Assembly: GCA_963745235.1 (NCBI GenBank) | Contig: CAVUXE010000018.1 | Location: 1-58,184, forward strand | DNA: 58,184 nucleotides | Direction of reading: 5' to 3' | Origin: an uncultured Spirochaetota bacterium | GTDB taxonomy: Bacteria > Spirochaetota > Spirochaetia > SZUA-6 > Fen-1364 | In this document: one piece after another, positions 57,405 through 58,184 of the stretch | Position numbering within the stretch: position 1 is the first letter of the stretch | Layout: every line of letters begins with the position of its first letter | Made by a program: the position numbers and the translations under genes | Notes under the pieces: model-generated | The model's input: only the letters and a program-made list of their open reading frames with translations | Databases searched by the model: none | Told to the model about the DNA's origin: nothing

Positions 57405-58184
57405 CGTCCTGATCGTGGACGACGAGCCTTTCGTCAGACTGTCCCTGGCGAGCATGAGAGCCTGGGAGGAAGACGGTTTCACCCTGTGCTACGAGGCGTC
57501 GAACGGAAAGGAAGCCCTCGAGGTCCTGGCAGCCCACCCGGAGATCGACATCGTCCTGCTGGACATATCCATGCCCGTCATGGACGGCATCGAGTTCCTC
57601 CGGCAGCGCGCGGGCAAGCCACCGGCGGTGATCGTGCTGTCTGCCTACGACAACTTCCCTCTTGTCAGAACCGCCTTCACCCTCGGCGCGCTCGACTACG
57701 TGCGTAAGGAAGAAATGGAAGGGGATTCGCTTCTTGCCGTGCTCAAAAAAGCGGCGGCGGGAATCGAAAAGACCCAGGAGGCGGACGCCTCCCTCATCGA
57801 GCGGCGGCAGGTGGATTTTCTCCGGGCGCAGATGCTGCGGGACCTTCTTGCCGAACCCATGGCGGGGGACTCGGCCGCGGCGTTTGCCAGCCTTGGGGTG
57901 AGACTTGCGCCGCCCTTTGTGGTCTGCGCGTTCTGGGTCGGGGATTTCGAAGATGTCAGCGCCCGCTACCGCGACGAAGGCATCGAGCGCTTTGGAGCGA
58001 TGACGGAGCGCTCCCTTGCGCAGGTCCTCGCAAAACGGGGATCCGGCTACGTGGTCACGGTCCGAGCGGACCACGCTGTGGTGCTCTTTCAGGGCATCGC
58101 GGAAGCGGCGCAGTCCTTCTGCACGGACGCAAAGGAGTACCTGGAGCGCTACCTTTCCATCCGCATGACGTTCTCACTGAGCGA
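57397..58184 (+). CDS. YesN-like response regulator, runs off the window end
   Basis: MHSVLIVDDEPFVR, LLDISMPVMDG, LSAYDNF, GALDYVRK. Confidence 0.9.
   Translation, partial: MHSVLIVDDEPFVRLSLASMRAWEEDGFTLCYEASNGKEALEVLAAHPEIDIVLLDISMPVMDGIEFLRQRAGKPPAVIVLSAYDNFPLVRTAFTLGALDYVRKEEMEGDSLLAVLKKAAAGIEKTQEADASLIERRQVDFLRAQMLRDLLAEPMAGDSAAAFASLGVRLAPPFVVCAFWVGDFEDVSARYRDEGIERFGAMTERSLAQVLAKRGSGYVVTVRADHAVVLFQGIAEAAQSFCTDAKEYLERYLSIRMTFSLS

Overview
GC-rich bacterial chromosome segment, most likely from a free-living spirochaete (Spirochaetia-like; inferred from the style of the flgM, CarD, HDOD and DAACS genes, not from a marker gene). Most of the window is housekeeping or metabolic genes: guaB, fabI, PIN-PhoH, galU, aroK, hisA, HU, mutT/nth/carD, fprA, oppA, rlmE, lysC-thrB-thrC, serS, proC, flgM, argA, pfk, an M16 protease and a GH1 glucosidase. 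Accessory structure is concentrated in two places. (1) At 1-2793, a large serine recombinase element abuts a decayed, 5'-truncated group II intron, which in turn abuts a truncated ankyrin gene. (2) At 7600-9510, a 1.9-kb insert with no integrase splits a carboxymuconolactone-decarboxylase (CMD)-family gene into two halves that rejoin in frame; it carries a toxin-antitoxin-like nucleotidyltransferase pair with an operator-like inverted repeat. The best candidates for undescribed biology are a triple-CheW/transmembrane/LysM protein (possible peptidoglycan anchor for chemosensory arrays), a V4R-like/GAF/HD-GYP gene flanked by an acyltransferase and an enolase-superfamily gene (possible lipid-signal module), and a small hairpin with an anti-Shine-Dalgarno loop. 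Many genes, including housekeeping ones, carry single frameshifts, so assembly errors are likely and single-base lesions need read-level checking. No tRNA, rRNA or CRISPR array was seen.
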